From: a virus
IMG/VR virus record: IMGVR_UViG_3300022891_000002
Coordinates: 86,361-150,360 of that record
Length of the DNA: 64,000 nucleotides
Reading direction: 5' to 3' (one strand)
The position numbers and the translations under genes were made by a program. Positions within the stretch are counted from its first letter, which is position 1. Every line of letters begins with the position of its first letter. The notes beneath the pieces were generated by a model, which searched no databases, was not told where the DNA came from, and saw only the letters and a program-made list of their open reading frames with translations. Below, in pieces: positions 1 to 11,138 of the stretch.

Positions 1-551
1 TCGTTATAGTCATAGGACATTACTTCTTGGTAAGTAGTTTCTTTATAATAGATATCTTTTTCTTTTAGGTACTCTACTAATCTATCTGTGTAGCTCAAGA
101 TATTTCTTTCAATTATCCACCTAACTTCTAGTTCTTTAGTCATAGTACCATTCCTCATACCAAGCATGATTATTTCCTTTTCTCCAACCTAACTCTTCTA
201 ATTTTTTTAAATCCTCATTATCAAAATCTTTAGAGTCAGCAGAAAGACTAATAATATAAGTAGGTACATAAAAAGTTTCAGTTTCTATACTCATCTCTGC
301 TGTACAATCATATCTCATAAATATAGCTATACCTTTAAGTAAGTTAGCTAGGTTAGTACATTGAGGTTCTTGTATATTAATCACTATTTTCCTCCTCTAC
401 TAACTCAGTATTTATTGAAATAATGGTATAAGACTCTTTCATGTTTTCTATAGCATTACTAAGTTTTGAGATACCATTAATTACAAACTTTTGAGTGTAC
501 TTATAGTTATACTGCTCATTTGAACCTTTACGTCTAAAAACTATAACAACT

Positions 552-1061
552 TCATACTTCATGACTACTATGCTCCTTCTCTTCACTTCTAATAGTTGAT
601 AAAATTTTTATGTCTAAGTCATAGACCTTATTTTGAGTAACATAACTAAGACACTTAACTAACCATAATAAGACTGAGTAATATAGATAAGCAATCTTTT
701 CTCCTTTAGTTACATAGCTTAGAAGCTCTTTAGTAGAGTAACTAGATGCTGACCTACCTCTAAAGATTAAGTAGAATAGTATATTTCTCTTACTTACCTG
801 TATATTAGTCTTAGTAACCTTACTATCTACTACTACTTTCTCTATTAGATACTTAGTAGGTATACTCCAACCTCTCTTATTCCTCAAAGCGAGGTTCCGA
901 CGAGCTAATAAACTAAACAACATTTTACTATGCTTCTTCTCATCTACTGACATCTGATAGAAGTAAGAAGAATACTCATCACCTCTCTTACTCACCTTTC
1001 TATAGAAGTTGGATAAGGAGTATTCATAAATAGCTAATTTATAATAGATATGACTTAACAA
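552..1061 (-). CDS. Ferritin-like (di-iron carboxylate) domain protein
   Basis: Two ExxH motifs (DEKKH, EEKEH), each preceded by a helix with a Glu (AIYEYS, KGEKIA). Confidence 0.6.
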   Translation of the reverse strand: MLSHIYYKLAIYEYSLSNFYRKVSKRGDEYSSYFYQMSVDEKKHSKMLFSLLARRNLALRNKRGWSIPTKYLIEKVVVDSKVTKTNIQVSKRNILFYLIFRGRSASSYSTKELLSYVTKGEKIAYLYYSVLLWLVKCLSYVTQNKVYDLDIKILSTIRSEEKEHSSHEV

Positions 1062-2772
1062 GAGTTTTTAACTTAGATACTACAACTCTCATTATAAAGC
1101 TGTAATCTAAGTCTTTTATATGTTCTAACTTAAGGTTCTTAGTAGAGAAGTAATACAAGTAGAGTCTAGTAAATACTCTCTTAAACCTTCTTGTCTCTAC
1201 TACATAACTATCTAACACCTTTTTTCCATTATTTACTTGAAGTTCCTTATTAGTAGATAGTGAGTTAGGTAGTTGTCTGTACGTAACTAAATACTCCTTA
1301 GTACATTTGAATGTTGCTACCTTAGCTAGTTGAATAAGGAAATCCCAATCTTCACATCCGTTATACTCAACATTAAACCTAATATTATGTTCTTCTATTA
1401 CTGAAGCTTTAACAAAGATATTAGAACCACAAGTAAGGAAGTTATACTCTAATGCGTCTTCATAAACATCTCCATTACAAATCTTACTATGATTCTTAGT
1501 TATTTCCCCATCTTTATCTATTAAAACTCTAGAATATACACAATCTATATAAGGATATTTTTTAAATGTAGCCACTGACTTTTCTACTAATGTTGAATCC
1601 CATACATCATCTGCATCACAGAAGGAGACAATATCATAAGGAAAAGGTAGACCTCTATTTCTAGCTTCTGAAACACCAAAATGGTTTTGAGTAAATACAC
1701 TAATTTTATATTTACTACTCTCATCTAATGAATTAATGTACTTATCTACTACTTCTAGACTACTATCTGTACTCCCATCATCTACTATCATTATGTATAT
1801 CTTCTGATATGTCTGATTAAGTAATGAAGATAGTGTCGCTTCTATGTACCTCTCCTTGTTATAAAGCGGAACTACTATAGTAACTAAAGGACTTTTCTCT
1901 ACTTCTATTATTTGTTTTTTAGTAACTAAGTCATATACATTAGTCTTCTTACTTGACTCACTAAAATAATTACTTATGTACTTTATCTCTTCCTTATGGT
2001 CATTAACTAAACTATTTACATTACTAAGTCTCTCTTTATTAACTACATCTACTTCTTTAAATAAGTTACTATGTTGTTCTTCTTCTAATACTTGAGGTAA
2101 TACTTTAGTTAGGTTACTTACTCTATTAACTAACAGACCTCGAATATCTGAATCACTTAGGTCAAGATGTAGCTCATTAACTAAGAAATTGTATAATGTA
2201 AAGTAAGCATCTTCAGTTAAACCTCTATAAGTTACGTGGAAATGGTAAGGTATAATTATGTTCTGATGATACCAACTAATTTTAACTAACTCATCTGAAA
2301 TATCTTTTCCATATACGTGTCTTTTTACTAAAGAGAGATTTGGTTCATGAGTCTTAGTAATTAAATTATGATATATATTTACTAATGATTCTTCATACTT
2401 CTCACAAGCTCCTAATATATCTTCTACCTCTAATACGTCTTTAGCTCTTAATATAGATAGAACTGTAGGAACTGGCGGGCGAGTAACATAGATAACATGA
2501 ATATCTCTCTTACATACCTTCCTCAGTTGCTCTATTATGTCTAAGTAATGTACGTGTTCAGGAGTTTTTTCTATTACTATCTCTTCTTGTATTGAATCAA
2601 AGATATTAGCTAAATATTCAATAAGGTCAGTAGGTGAGAAATTAAAAGGATTAGTTAGGCATTTAGTTTCATAAAGTATTTTAGTATTTTTCAATCCACA
2701 TAGGTAGCTTAGTAGAAGTGTAGTACCTGACCTTGGTGAACCCAAAATGAATATTAGTTTCTTATTATTCAT
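1039..2772 (-). CDS. Sulfotransferase fused to family 2 glycosyltransferase
   Basis: N-terminal PAPS-binding motif FILGSPRSGTTLL and EKTP; C-terminal GT2 motifs VTIVVPLYN, IVDDGSTD, GVSEARNRG, FCDADD, EDWDF. Confidence 0.9.
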   Translation of the reverse strand: MNNKKLIFILGSPRSGTTLLLSYLCGLKNTKILYETKCLTNPFNFSPTDLIEYLANIFDSIQEEIVIEKTPEHVHYLDIIEQLRKVCKRDIHVIYVTRPPVPTVLSILRAKDVLEVEDILGACEKYEESLVNIYHNLITKTHEPNLSLVKRHVYGKDISDELVKISWYHQNIIIPYHFHVTYRGLTEDAYFTLYNFLVNELHLDLSDSDIRGLLVNRVSNLTKVLPQVLEEEQHSNLFKEVDVVNKERLSNVNSLVNDHKEEIKYISNYFSESSKKTNVYDLVTKKQIIEVEKSPLVTIVVPLYNKERYIEATLSSLLNQTYQKIYIMIVDDGSTDSSLEVVDKYINSLDESSKYKISVFTQNHFGVSEARNRGLPFPYDIVSFCDADDVWDSTLVEKSVATFKKYPYIDCVYSRVLIDKDGEITKNHSKICNGDVYEDALEYNFLTCGSNIFVKASVIEEHNIRFNVEYNGCEDWDFLIQLAKVATFKCTKEYLVTYRQLPNSLSTNKELQVNNGKKVLDSYVVETRRFKRVFTRLYLYYFSTKNLKLEHIKDLDYSFIMRVVVSKLKTLVKSYLL

Positions 2773-3399
2773 ATACTTTACTTAGAATTTGGTACTTACC
2801 TATTAAGACATTAACGTTACCTACACAAGTAGTTATAGAGTCACCTACTCCTATAAGCTCTTTATTAGTAACTCTTTTCTTGAGTAATGCTAGTCGTTGC
2901 TCAACTTCTTCTATTTCAGATAATAAAGTCTCTTGAACAATACCAAACTCTTCTTGTCTTTTCATAAGTAGTACCTTGTCATTGGTGAATAACCTTCTCT
3001 AGCTCTGTCACTAAACCAAAAAGTAGTTGTTAGAGAGTCATCGTCTATCTCTTCTTCTCTGTACCAAACATACTCTACTTTATCTATATCTACTGTAGTT
3101 AACAAGAACCTCTCCTCTTCATCATTCCTTAAGTAGATACTTCCTTCCTCAATATCTTCCTTTATATGTTCACTAACTGCATCTACAAACTCTTCTTTAT
3201 CCACATGACCATCTGAGTAATAACCACAAATACTCTACATCTTCTGTACCAGTAATAGATAACTCTTGATTCTTTTCCTCTCTTAGTCTTTGTAAACCAA
3301 GGTAGGTATAGATTAAAAACAACTCTTTGTTAATAAATCCCTCGACATATATATAATCTACCTTTTTGGTTATATCATCTTCTATCACATAAAAAGTAT

Positions 3400-3792
3400 T
3401 CATAAGAAGTTCTTGTAATTTACACTGAAAAACTGACCTAATGTTTTTGCTTGAGCTTTTGATATCTCTCTCTTACCATTGAGAACCTCAGATACTACCC
3501 CTTTACTACCAATAATTCCTACTAAATCTTTCTGTTTGTAATCGTGTAAATCCATACAACCTTTTAAGAATTCAAGAGGTTCTAATTCAGGAACAGGATA
3601 ATGTTCAGTTTCATACTTTTCAATCAAGATACATAGTAGTTCATAGATAGCAATTTCTTCTGAAGTTTTCTCTTTATCGAAAAAATATGGCTCTACTAAT
3701 TTTACATATTTATCTAACTCTTCCTCTGACTCAATAGGCTTGATAATAATTTCAGAAAATAGTCTGATATATTCTTCTTGGTTGAAAGTCAT
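3400..3792 (-). CDS. higA: HigA-type antitoxin / XRE HTH protein, no adjacent toxin
   Basis: PIESEEE...LLCILIEKYETEHYPVP...KQKDLVGIIGSKGVVSEVLNGKREISK matches cyanobacterial HigA. Confidence 0.85.
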   Translation of the reverse strand: MTFNQEEYIRLFSEIIIKPIESEEELDKYVKLVEPYFFDKEKTSEEIAIYELLCILIEKYETEHYPVPELEPLEFLKGCMDLHDYKQKDLVGIIGSKGVVSEVLNGKREISKAQAKTLGQFFSVNYKNFL

Positions 3793-3809
3793 GTGATTAA
3801 TCTCCTCAA

Positions 3810-3841
3810 GTTTCTACTTTTTTAGAAATATAAGCTATAAT
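3810..3841 (+). promoter_or_regulatory. Putative sigma70-type promoter with upstream CTACTTTTTT motif
   Basis: TATAAT at 3836-3841; GTTTCTACTTTTTTAG resembles GTTGCTACTTTTTAAA upstream of the paralogous helicase at 16431. Confidence 0.5.
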
Positions 3842-3877
3842 GTTAGTATGTCCAAATAAAAAAGGTGTCTCGAATTT

Positions 3878-5557
3878 ATGTACTACTCAGACAAATACTC
3901 GGAAATTCCAAACGGAATAGTTAATAAAGCAGCTACAGGTATAGGTTTAACCAGTTTTGCCTTAGAAAATGAAGTTCCGACCGTAGTTGTTACTCCCACA
4001 GTAGCAATGATTAAAAATAAGGTTTCCCAGTATCCAAACAATAGAAGATTAGATTCAGTAATAGGACTTTACCAAGGAGTTTCTTTAAATAGCATTAAAG
4101 ACTATATAGGAAAAACTACTGTCCCAAAGATAATGGTTACTTATGACAGTTTTTATAAAGTAGCTCCTTTAATAGATAGTAGTTACCAAATAATTGTGGA
4201 TGAGTTTTCTGAACTGCTAGACGCATATAACTACAGAAATAAAGCAATATCCAAGCTATTAATTGAAATTCAGAAATTTAATAGAGTCTCTTATGTATCA
4301 GCTACTCCAACTAAAACAGAATATTTACCTCCTCAGTTAAAAGAACTACCTTATACTACTTTAATCTGGGATGATTTAACCAAAATCAATATTGACTTAT
4401 TACATAAGAAGCGTCCTATTCAAACTGTTAGAGCTTTAATTAATAAATATAAAAGTGGTTTAGTAGAGATTAATGGAATAAAGAGTGAAGCAGGCTATTT
4501 CTTTGTTAACAGCGTTCGGATGATTAAAGAAATATGTGAGAAAGCCGAACTACTAAACTCGGAAGTAAGAATTATTTGTGCGGATACAGATAAGAATAAA
4601 CGGACATTAGGAGACTATGATATCTCTACTTCTCTTGACCCAGAGACTATGTTCACGTTTATTACTTCCTGTAGTTTTAAAGGATTAGATTTCTACAGTG
4701 AACGAGGAGTAGTCTTTGTAGTATCTAATAATACTAATACTCATACATTAGTAACTATAGACACTGACATTATCCAAATAGCAGGTAGAATAAGAAATCC
4801 AACAAATCCCTTTAGAAACTATCTATGTCATATCTTCAATATCAATCCTTTAAGTCTAACAAGAGAAGAGTTCGTAAGAGTAACTGAAGAAAAGATAAAG
4901 CAAAGTAATACTCTACTACAAGGATATAGTAAGCTTACTGATGAAGAAAGAGCCTTATTTCTATCTACTCAAAACTTAGAAAACTTCTATATTTCTGTTA
5001 CAGAAGACGGAGTTCCTTACTATGATGAGATGTTGTACTTATTAGATAAACGCAGATACGAAGATATAGCCCAAGTCTATAAAGATGGTTTATCTGTCAA
5101 TAGTTATTACTCCTCTCTAGATAAAGTTGATATCTTACCTTCTACTAAACTAGACATTGATTACCTAGTTAATAACTCTTTTTATTCTCTTTGCAAAACT
5201 GCTGTTGAAGGGAAAGGTGATTTAGAAGTTATCTACGAACAATTTCCTTTAATTAAAGAGGCTATAGAAAAGCTAGGAGTAGAAAGAGTTAAATGTTTAG
5301 GATTTAATAATACTAAAATACAACATGAAATCGACGACTACAATAAGAAAGACTCTGTTAGAACAGTTGTACTAAAAGAAATAGAAAGAGATAGGTTCTA
5401 TAGTTGTAAAGATATAAAGATAGCTCTTGGATATATTTATACTCGCTTAGGGGTACGTGCAACTGCTAAAGCTACGGACATCTTAGAATACTGTAACGCT
5501 AAACTTTGTTGTAAAAAAATAAATGATAAATCTGTGAAAGGTTATCTTGTAGAGTAA
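3878..5557 (+). CDS. SF2 helicase-like protein, origin-binding/replication initiator type (paralog 1)
   Basis: Degenerate Walker A (NKAATGIGLT), IIVDEFS, SAT, FFVNS, QIAGRIR; C-terminal helical/wHTH-like region ending AKATDI. Confidence 0.75.
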   Translation: MYYSDKYSEIPNGIVNKAATGIGLTSFALENEVPTVVVTPTVAMIKNKVSQYPNNRRLDSVIGLYQGVSLNSIKDYIGKTTVPKIMVTYDSFYKVAPLIDSSYQIIVDEFSELLDAYNYRNKAISKLLIEIQKFNRVSYVSATPTKTEYLPPQLKELPYTTLIWDDLTKINIDLLHKKRPIQTVRALINKYKSGLVEINGIKSEAGYFFVNSVRMIKEICEKAELLNSEVRIICADTDKNKRTLGDYDISTSLDPETMFTFITSCSFKGLDFYSERGVVFVVSNNTNTHTLVTIDTDIIQIAGRIRNPTNPFRNYLCHIFNINPLSLTREEFVRVTEEKIKQSNTLLQGYSKLTDEERALFLSTQNLENFYISVTEDGVPYYDEMLYLLDKRRYEDIAQVYKDGLSVNSYYSSLDKVDILPSTKLDIDYLVNNSFYSLCKTAVEGKGDLEVIYEQFPLIKEAIEKLGVERVKCLGFNNTKIQHEIDDYNKKDSVRTVVLKEIERDRFYSCKDIKIALGYIYTRLGVRATAKATDILEYCNAKLCCKKINDKSVKGYLVE

Positions 5558-5564
5558 GGTTACT

Positions 5565-5588
5565 GGGAGTTTTAGGACTCCCTTTCTT
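5565..5588 (+). terminator. Intrinsic terminator-like hairpin after helicase 1
   Basis: GGGAGT-tttagg-ACTCCC followed by TTTCTT. Confidence 0.6.
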
Positions 5589-5644
5589 ATCTACTTCTTT
5601 GGTATGTTAAAGTTTACAAAGGAGAAATAAACTATCAACTAATA

Positions 5645-6949
5645 ATGAAAACAAAACTACAACCTACCAGACAATTTGAAGAACAGTTATACACAACTAA
5701 TCATTCCTCTAAGATATCTAAGTTATCTGACTCTACTATTCAAGAAATTAGTTGGGAAGGTAAGTATACTGTAGATGACTTAATCCACTTCATTCACAAA
5801 GACCCAATAGCAAAAGCTTGCGTAGATGTAAAATGTTTGAGAGCTGCTAATACATTCGGTACTTATCAACATAGTAAACCAGATATTACGGACTTCATGC
5901 AAGATATGTTCGGTAATATGAGAGATACATTAAAGAAAAGTGTAGCTGAATTATCTATTGCTCCTGCTCTTGGTTTTTCTGTAGCTGAAATCAATTTCAA
6001 GATGGATAAAGAAGGATATTTAAAACTAGAAAGTATCTATCCATTAAGTTTAGAGAGAGTCAAATTTAAGGGTTCAAAAGGATATATTGAGTGGGTTCTT
6101 TATAATGACAGACATAAATCTAACATTCATATCCCATACAAGAAAGTCATTCATGTAACCAACTCTGCTGCTACTACATTCAACGACCCATTTGGAAATG
6201 CTGAGGCTGGACTGGCTTATCCATTTTGGAAGGCTAAAGTAGCTATTTTTGGAGACATGATTATTTCTACTAGAAACTTAGCTACTGGTATTTTAGTGGG
6301 AAGAGTTGATAGTGCTGCTACTATTAATGCTACAGTGACAGATGCTTATGGTAACACTCTAATGGGAAGAGACGGTCAACCTCTTCGGAAAAATGCAGCT
6401 CAAGTAATGTATGACAAGTTAAGTAATGTAGAAAACAACACAATTATTGTTACCGATAAAGCTAATGAGATTACCGCTCTTAATGTTCCTGATGGTAGTC
6501 AGTCATGGGATATCTCTCTTAATAGATTTGATAAACTAATTCATAGAGCATTTGGAGTTCCTCAATTAATCTTTGAAGAAGGTAGCGGTTCAATTGGAGT
6601 AGCAACACTATCAGTAAAACAATCTACTTTACTTGATGCGAATATAGAAGTTGTAGTAAATCAAATTCAAGACCAAATCATTGAGAAAATCTGTAAACCA
6701 ATAATTATTAACAACTTTGGTAAACAGAAAGATTACGGTAAATTTACTATTGATTCTTCTTCCGACCCAGGAGTAGAAATGCAGCAATTGCAAAACATAT
6801 TTACTGCGGTATCAATGGGAATTCTATCAGCAGATGACCCTGTAATAAATAATAGAATTAGAGGAATACTAGGACTTCCATTACAAACTGAACAAGAGAT
6901 AGAAGAAGCAAAAGCTCTGAAGCAAATAGAACAACAAAGCCAAATTTAA
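5645..6949 (+). CDS. Phage portal protein (DUF935 / Mu gp29-like)
   Basis: 434 aa; A..LGFSVAEI, IPYKKVIH, NDPFGNA, QIIEKICKPII..NFG patterns typical of this portal family. Confidence 0.7.
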   Translation: MKTKLQPTRQFEEQLYTTNHSSKISKLSDSTIQEISWEGKYTVDDLIHFIHKDPIAKACVDVKCLRAANTFGTYQHSKPDITDFMQDMFGNMRDTLKKSVAELSIAPALGFSVAEINFKMDKEGYLKLESIYPLSLERVKFKGSKGYIEWVLYNDRHKSNIHIPYKKVIHVTNSAATTFNDPFGNAEAGLAYPFWKAKVAIFGDMIISTRNLATGILVGRVDSAATINATVTDAYGNTLMGRDGQPLRKNAAQVMYDKLSNVENNTIIVTDKANEITALNVPDGSQSWDISLNRFDKLIHRAFGVPQLIFEEGSGSIGVATLSVKQSTLLDANIEVVVNQIQDQIIEKICKPIIINNFGKQKDYGKFTIDSSSDPGVEMQQLQNIFTAVSMGILSADDPVINNRIRGILGLPLQTEQEIEEAKALKQIEQQSQI

Positions 6950-7416
6950 ACGACTAACAGGAGTTAATGCCACCAGCTATGTAGTTTTATTAGTAAGGTT
7001 CACCCGGATATTTATATTCTCTTACTTGAAGAAATAAATTTTTAGCATCTTCCAAAGGTTTCTCTAATTCTTTTAACTGCTTTTCAAATTCATCTGTCTT
7101 GTCACAAAATGTTACACAATCATCGAGAGCATCTTCTAACTTATCTAGTTCATCATATTTAGAAAATACTAAATCTAATAATAATTCAAATTGTTCCTTG
7201 GTTAAATCTAGTTCTACTTTCATTCTTCCTTTTCTTCTGGAGATTTTTCAGTATCTTTATCTTTAGGAGATAGCCGTTCCATCTCATCTAAATATCCTCT
7301 AAGTACGTGAGGGGGAAATTTGTAAGCATTAGCTATTATATCCTCATCAGAAATATAGACGATATTCTCTGAACTATCTGAATTATTTTCTTTATTTTTA
7401 TCATTTGTCATATTAA

Positions 7417-7821
7417 TTACTCTTCTTCTACTAAAGTATATGACTCACAACCACATTCAGGACACTCAATAGTATCTGCATCAAACATCCAATCATCATA
7501 ATAATCTCCCTCCTTATCGCAGATATTACATTTAACTTGTTGACTAATATATTGAAAAGGATAAAGACCACTAATACATCTTTTATCTAACGCGTTTAAC
7601 AATTCTGAAACAGTAGAAGTAGAAACATTTAGAGAATAGAGATTCTTACCTTTCTCAAAATATATGTCTACTTCAGAATGTTTACCTAATACTTCACCAA
7701 AGAAAACTGTTCTTTTATCTAGGAACTTATCTATTTCTTCCTCAGTAGCAATAAATAACCCTTCAACATCTCCCATTCTTCCGTAATCTTCTGAGAATTT
7801 CCACAATTCTAGTTGAGTCAT
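7417..7821 (-). CDS. Conserved phage protein with C-terminal Zn ribbon
   Basis: GRMGDVEGLF and FGEVLGKHSEV motifs common in phage proteins; CxxC..CxxC at the C-terminus. Confidence 0.5.
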   Translation of the reverse strand: MTQLELWKFSEDYGRMGDVEGLFIATEEEIDKFLDKRTVFFGEVLGKHSEVDIYFEKGKNLYSLNVSTSTVSELLNALDKRCISGLYPFQYISQQVKCNICDKEGDYYDDWMFDADTIECPECGCESYTLVEEE

Positions 7822-8081
7822 ATTAGTTCCTTCCTAATTTGCTAATGATTCTAACCAAGCTTGAACTTCATCTCTACTTATTTTTCTTAAGACTCTTTCT
7901 TTAGATTCAGGTACGTATTTTATGTACGAGACTGCATCTTTTATTGCTGCTTGTAGTTCTATTTGAAATTCTGGATTACCTCTTTCTACTTCTTCTAGTT
8001 TTCTATTAATCTCAACCTCATCATTTAGGTTAGTTACACCGATACTTAGTAAATAGTCTTCCCACTCTTTATCTTTGTTAT

Positions 8082-8885
8082 TCATGGTTTTAGCTTCTTG
8101 TAATTGTTGTTCTTAACTAACTCATAAACTCCAAATTTCTCAAGAACTAATCTATCTAGTAGATGTATATCATAAGCATCTTCAAAGTTAAACAGACACT
8201 TAGATATAATTGGACACTCCATCATGAAACAATCCCTAATAGCTTCACATACTAATCTAGTTTCTTTTTGAGCGGTTTCATGCAGTCTTTGATTGAGAGT
8301 AGTAATCCATTCTCTTAAAGTCCCATTGAAAATAATTTTAGTAGTTGCACATTCCGGAAGTAACATTCTAGAAGTTTCGCGACTTACTCCACTAGCTAAG
8401 CACTTTTCATAAGTAGATTTAATTTGACTAAGTATACTTCTACTTTCTTCTGTAGCCTCAGCTAAAATACGATTTTTTTCTTCATCAAACCAATTATCGT
8501 CTGATTGATAGGTAATAGTAGCTAACACTTCTTCACTACTTTGTCTATTATTTTTACATTGTTTTCTAAATTCTACCTCTTCAAAACTGGCTATCTCTGC
8601 ATATCTTTGACTTAATTCCTGTGGACGTAGTGACCAATGCCGTAACAACTGTCTACCTACAGCTCTACTTGTAACAATCTCAATCCCTAAGTTAGTAGTT
8701 GTAAATACACTCCAATGTCCTTCTGAAATACAATGTCTTAATAACTTATGTGGCTCATTAAATAACTCATTAATTTCTCTACTAGAGCTGAGTCTTGCTA
8801 TTCCTACAGTTATCTCATCTAAAGATTTACCTTCGTACTCTGTCCCTTTATAACCTTCTGTCTTAGTTATTAATCTTACTTGCAT
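8082..8885 (-). CDS. thyX: FAD-dependent thymidylate synthase
   Basis: GHWSVF, SRAVGRQLLRH, ELSQRY, ETSRMLLP, AQKETR. Confidence 0.95.
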   Translation of the reverse strand: MQVRLITKTEGYKGTEYEGKSLDEITVGIARLSSSREINELFNEPHKLLRHCISEGHWSVFTTTNLGIEIVTSRAVGRQLLRHWSLRPQELSQRYAEIASFEEVEFRKQCKNNRQSSEEVLATITYQSDDNWFDEEKNRILAEATEESRSILSQIKSTYEKCLASGVSRETSRMLLPECATTKIIFNGTLREWITTLNQRLHETAQKETRLVCEAIRDCFMMECPIISKCLFNFEDAYDIHLLDRLVLEKFGVYELVKNNNYKKLKP

Positions 8886-8897
8886 TAGTTTAGCTCC

Positions 8898-9656
8898 TTA
8901 TAGGTCATACATTCTTTCCTCTACTATTTGGTAACAATCATCGTAATATCTAGCTTCTCTTTCATCTAGCATCGGATTATATTGATTCCAACATTCATCT
9001 TCTTTTCTTTCTCTTTCTACTTCACGTAACTCTTCTCGATACTCAGCTAGTTGTATTGCCCACTCTTCTAATAGCTCTCTTTTTCTTAAAGAACTGTGTC
9101 TAGGTAATTCATCATTTTCAAGGTTAACTTCATCACCGTAAAGATTTTCAAGATATTCCCATAGCAGAGGAATGAAGTATTTAGTAGAAGTCTTACTATA
9201 TAACAGCTCCTTAAATCGAGGAAACTCTTTCTCATACATCTTATAGAGCTTGTCATTATTATCAATGCTAAACTCTGTATTTACTATTCTGTCAGCTAAT
9301 TTAATAACTAAAGCTGCTTCATTATCTTTTATCTTAGGAGCAGTCTTTTCTAATATTTCTTTACGATTAGTTCCTTTCTCATTTGTAACTGCTAAAACTA
9401 AATCTGCTACTTTTTTACCAAATTGAATTAATAGAGTCTCATAAGTAGTCTCTGTATCTTCAATGGAGTCATGCAGCCAACTAGCAGCTAAAATAGTTTC
9501 ATCAGCAATTCCAAAATCTAGTAGAGTTAGGTATACTTCTTTTAGATGAACATAGTAGTCGAGTCTTTGAGGAGACCCGTCTTCGGAAGGTAGCTCCCCG
9601 TAGAACTGATTTCTATGAACTAATTTTGCGAATTCTTCAGCTCTTTTGACTAACAT
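8898..9656 (-). CDS. HD-domain hydrolase, SpoT/MESH1-like (small alarmone hydrolase)
   Basis: HRNQ, YYVHL, WLHDSIEDT, IKLADRIVN. Confidence 0.85.
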   Translation of the reverse strand: MLVKRAEEFAKLVHRNQFYGELPSEDGSPQRLDYYVHLKEVYLTLLDFGIADETILAASWLHDSIEDTETTYETLLIQFGKKVADLVLAVTNEKGTNRKEILEKTAPKIKDNEAALVIKLADRIVNTEFSIDNNDKLYKMYEKEFPRFKELLYSKTSTKYFIPLLWEYLENLYGDEVNLENDELPRHSSLRKRELLEEWAIQLAEYREELREVERERKEDECWNQYNPMLDEREARYYDDCYQIVEERMYDL

Positions 9657-9665
9657 AATTCCTCT

Positions 9666-9965
9666 TTAAGGTAATGAATATAAATCAGATAAAAGAGAAT
9701 CCAATCTTACTTTAGTGTCTTCTACCTGAAACTCTAAATATTTTCTAAACTTCTCTAGAAAGTTATCTACCTCTTCTTTCATTTTAGCTATTAAAGGTTC
9801 TTCTCCAATTTCCCAAGTAATGACTTTGTTGTAGTAATGGTGATTAGTCCACCAAATATACTTGTCAAACTTTTTATGATAGATAGTACCTACCCAATTT
9901 TCACTCTCAAATTTACTTTCACAAGTAGATAGATAGAATCCTTTATATAAAAAAGTCTTCCTCAT
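9666..9965 (-). CDS. HicB-like module protein
   Basis: FLYKGFYL...WVGTI...MKEEVDNFL pattern shared with the HicB at 63696. Confidence 0.5.
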   Translation of the reverse strand: MRKTFLYKGFYLSTCESKFESENWVGTIYHKKFDKYIWWTNHHYYNKVITWEIGEEPLIAKMKEEVDNFLEKFRKYLEFQVEDTKVRLDSLLSDLYSLP

Positions 9966-10387
9966 TAGTCCTCTCCTAAGTTACTATCATTCATCCAATT
10001 AAGACAACTAATAACTACATCCCCATGACACTTCTCATTCTCCTTACACCAACAAGCTAGTTTAAGAGGGTACTTATCTAGTTCTTGCTTAGACTTAACA
10101 TTTCTTAATAACTCATTAAGTTCTTCTTTAGCTTCTGTGTTGTTTTGTACTTGCTCCCACAACCACCTTCTATACTTCTCTACTACTTCTTCTCTTGTAC
10201 CATCTTTGTTAATATAAAATGGATTAGCTAATAGGCTTCCTAGTAATTCTGGATAACCTTTAGCTTTGATAGCTCTACCAATGTAAATAATATCTGGATA
10301 GTCTTTGGGTTCTAATGATAACTTAGTCAGATAACTTTTTACTGATGGTTTCTTTATACAGACTCTTTTTATGTCTAGTTTATTCAT
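9965..10387 (-). CDS. DUF4326 domain protein
   Basis: YIGR, GS.LANPF, REEVVEKY, LACWC..CHGDV. Confidence 0.9.
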   Translation of the reverse strand: MNKLDIKRVCIKKPSVKSYLTKLSLEPKDYPDIIYIGRAIKAKGYPELLGSLLANPFYINKDGTREEVVEKYRRWLWEQVQNNTEAKEELNELLRNVKSKQELDKYPLKLACWCKENEKCHGDVVISCLNWMNDSNLGED

Positions 10388-10718
10388 TTTACTATCTCCA
10401 TTTCACTACTTATCCATCTATTGCTAGCATTTACAACATTTCTATCCCTAAAGAAAAGAGTAAACGATTCAGCTTTCTCAAAATTATCAAATAAAAACTG
10501 TAAATCTTCTGTATCTCCTTGGTCTGGACGAATCTTAAGTCCATAATCTGAATATTCAAATCTCACACTAAAGAAGAACCCGTTAATATAGAAACCCATA
10601 CTAACTAAATCGCTATCTTTAGCTTTATTTCTTTCCATAGTTTCAATACCAGGAAAGCTTAGATGTAAATCTTTAGTATCTAGCCTTAAAGGATATTGCT
10701 TACCCCAGATAGTTATTT

Positions 10719-11069
10719 TCATAATCTACTAATTTGAATATTTAAAATAGTGTTTCTAGATTCAATTTTTTCTATTTTCTCTACTAACTCAGGTAAACTT
10801 TCTAATAGATTTTCTACTGAATATTGCTCACCATCTGTACAAGGATATTCTTCTCCAGATTCCCAAGATAAGTAGATAGAATATTTCATCTTTTCTACTT
10901 CTTCACGAAACTTCTTTGTTAATAACTCAAAACTATCTTCCCGTACACTAATACCTAATTCTCTACAAATACCCCAATACTTATTATTTGGTTGAGCATA
11001 ACATTCTAATTCATAACCTCTAAAAGTATAAATATTATCTGTCATAGTTAAGTCTCCTAAACACAACAA
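10719..11069 (-). CDS. HicB-like module protein (probable start at the internal MTDN)
   Basis: YTFRGYEL...YWGICRELG...SFELLTKKFREEVE; AGGAG precedes the internal ATG. Confidence 0.6.
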   Translation of the reverse strand: MLCLGDLTMTDNIYTFRGYELECYAQPNNKYWGICRELGISVREDSFELLTKKFREEVEKMKYSIYLSWESGEEYPCTDGEQYSVENLLESLPELVEKIEKIESRNTILNIQISRL

Positions 11070-11138
11070 AGAGAGCTAAGAAGAACTGCCTCCTTTCAGT
11101 CATCTTTCCAACTCTCTGCTACTTCTATTACCGGATTA

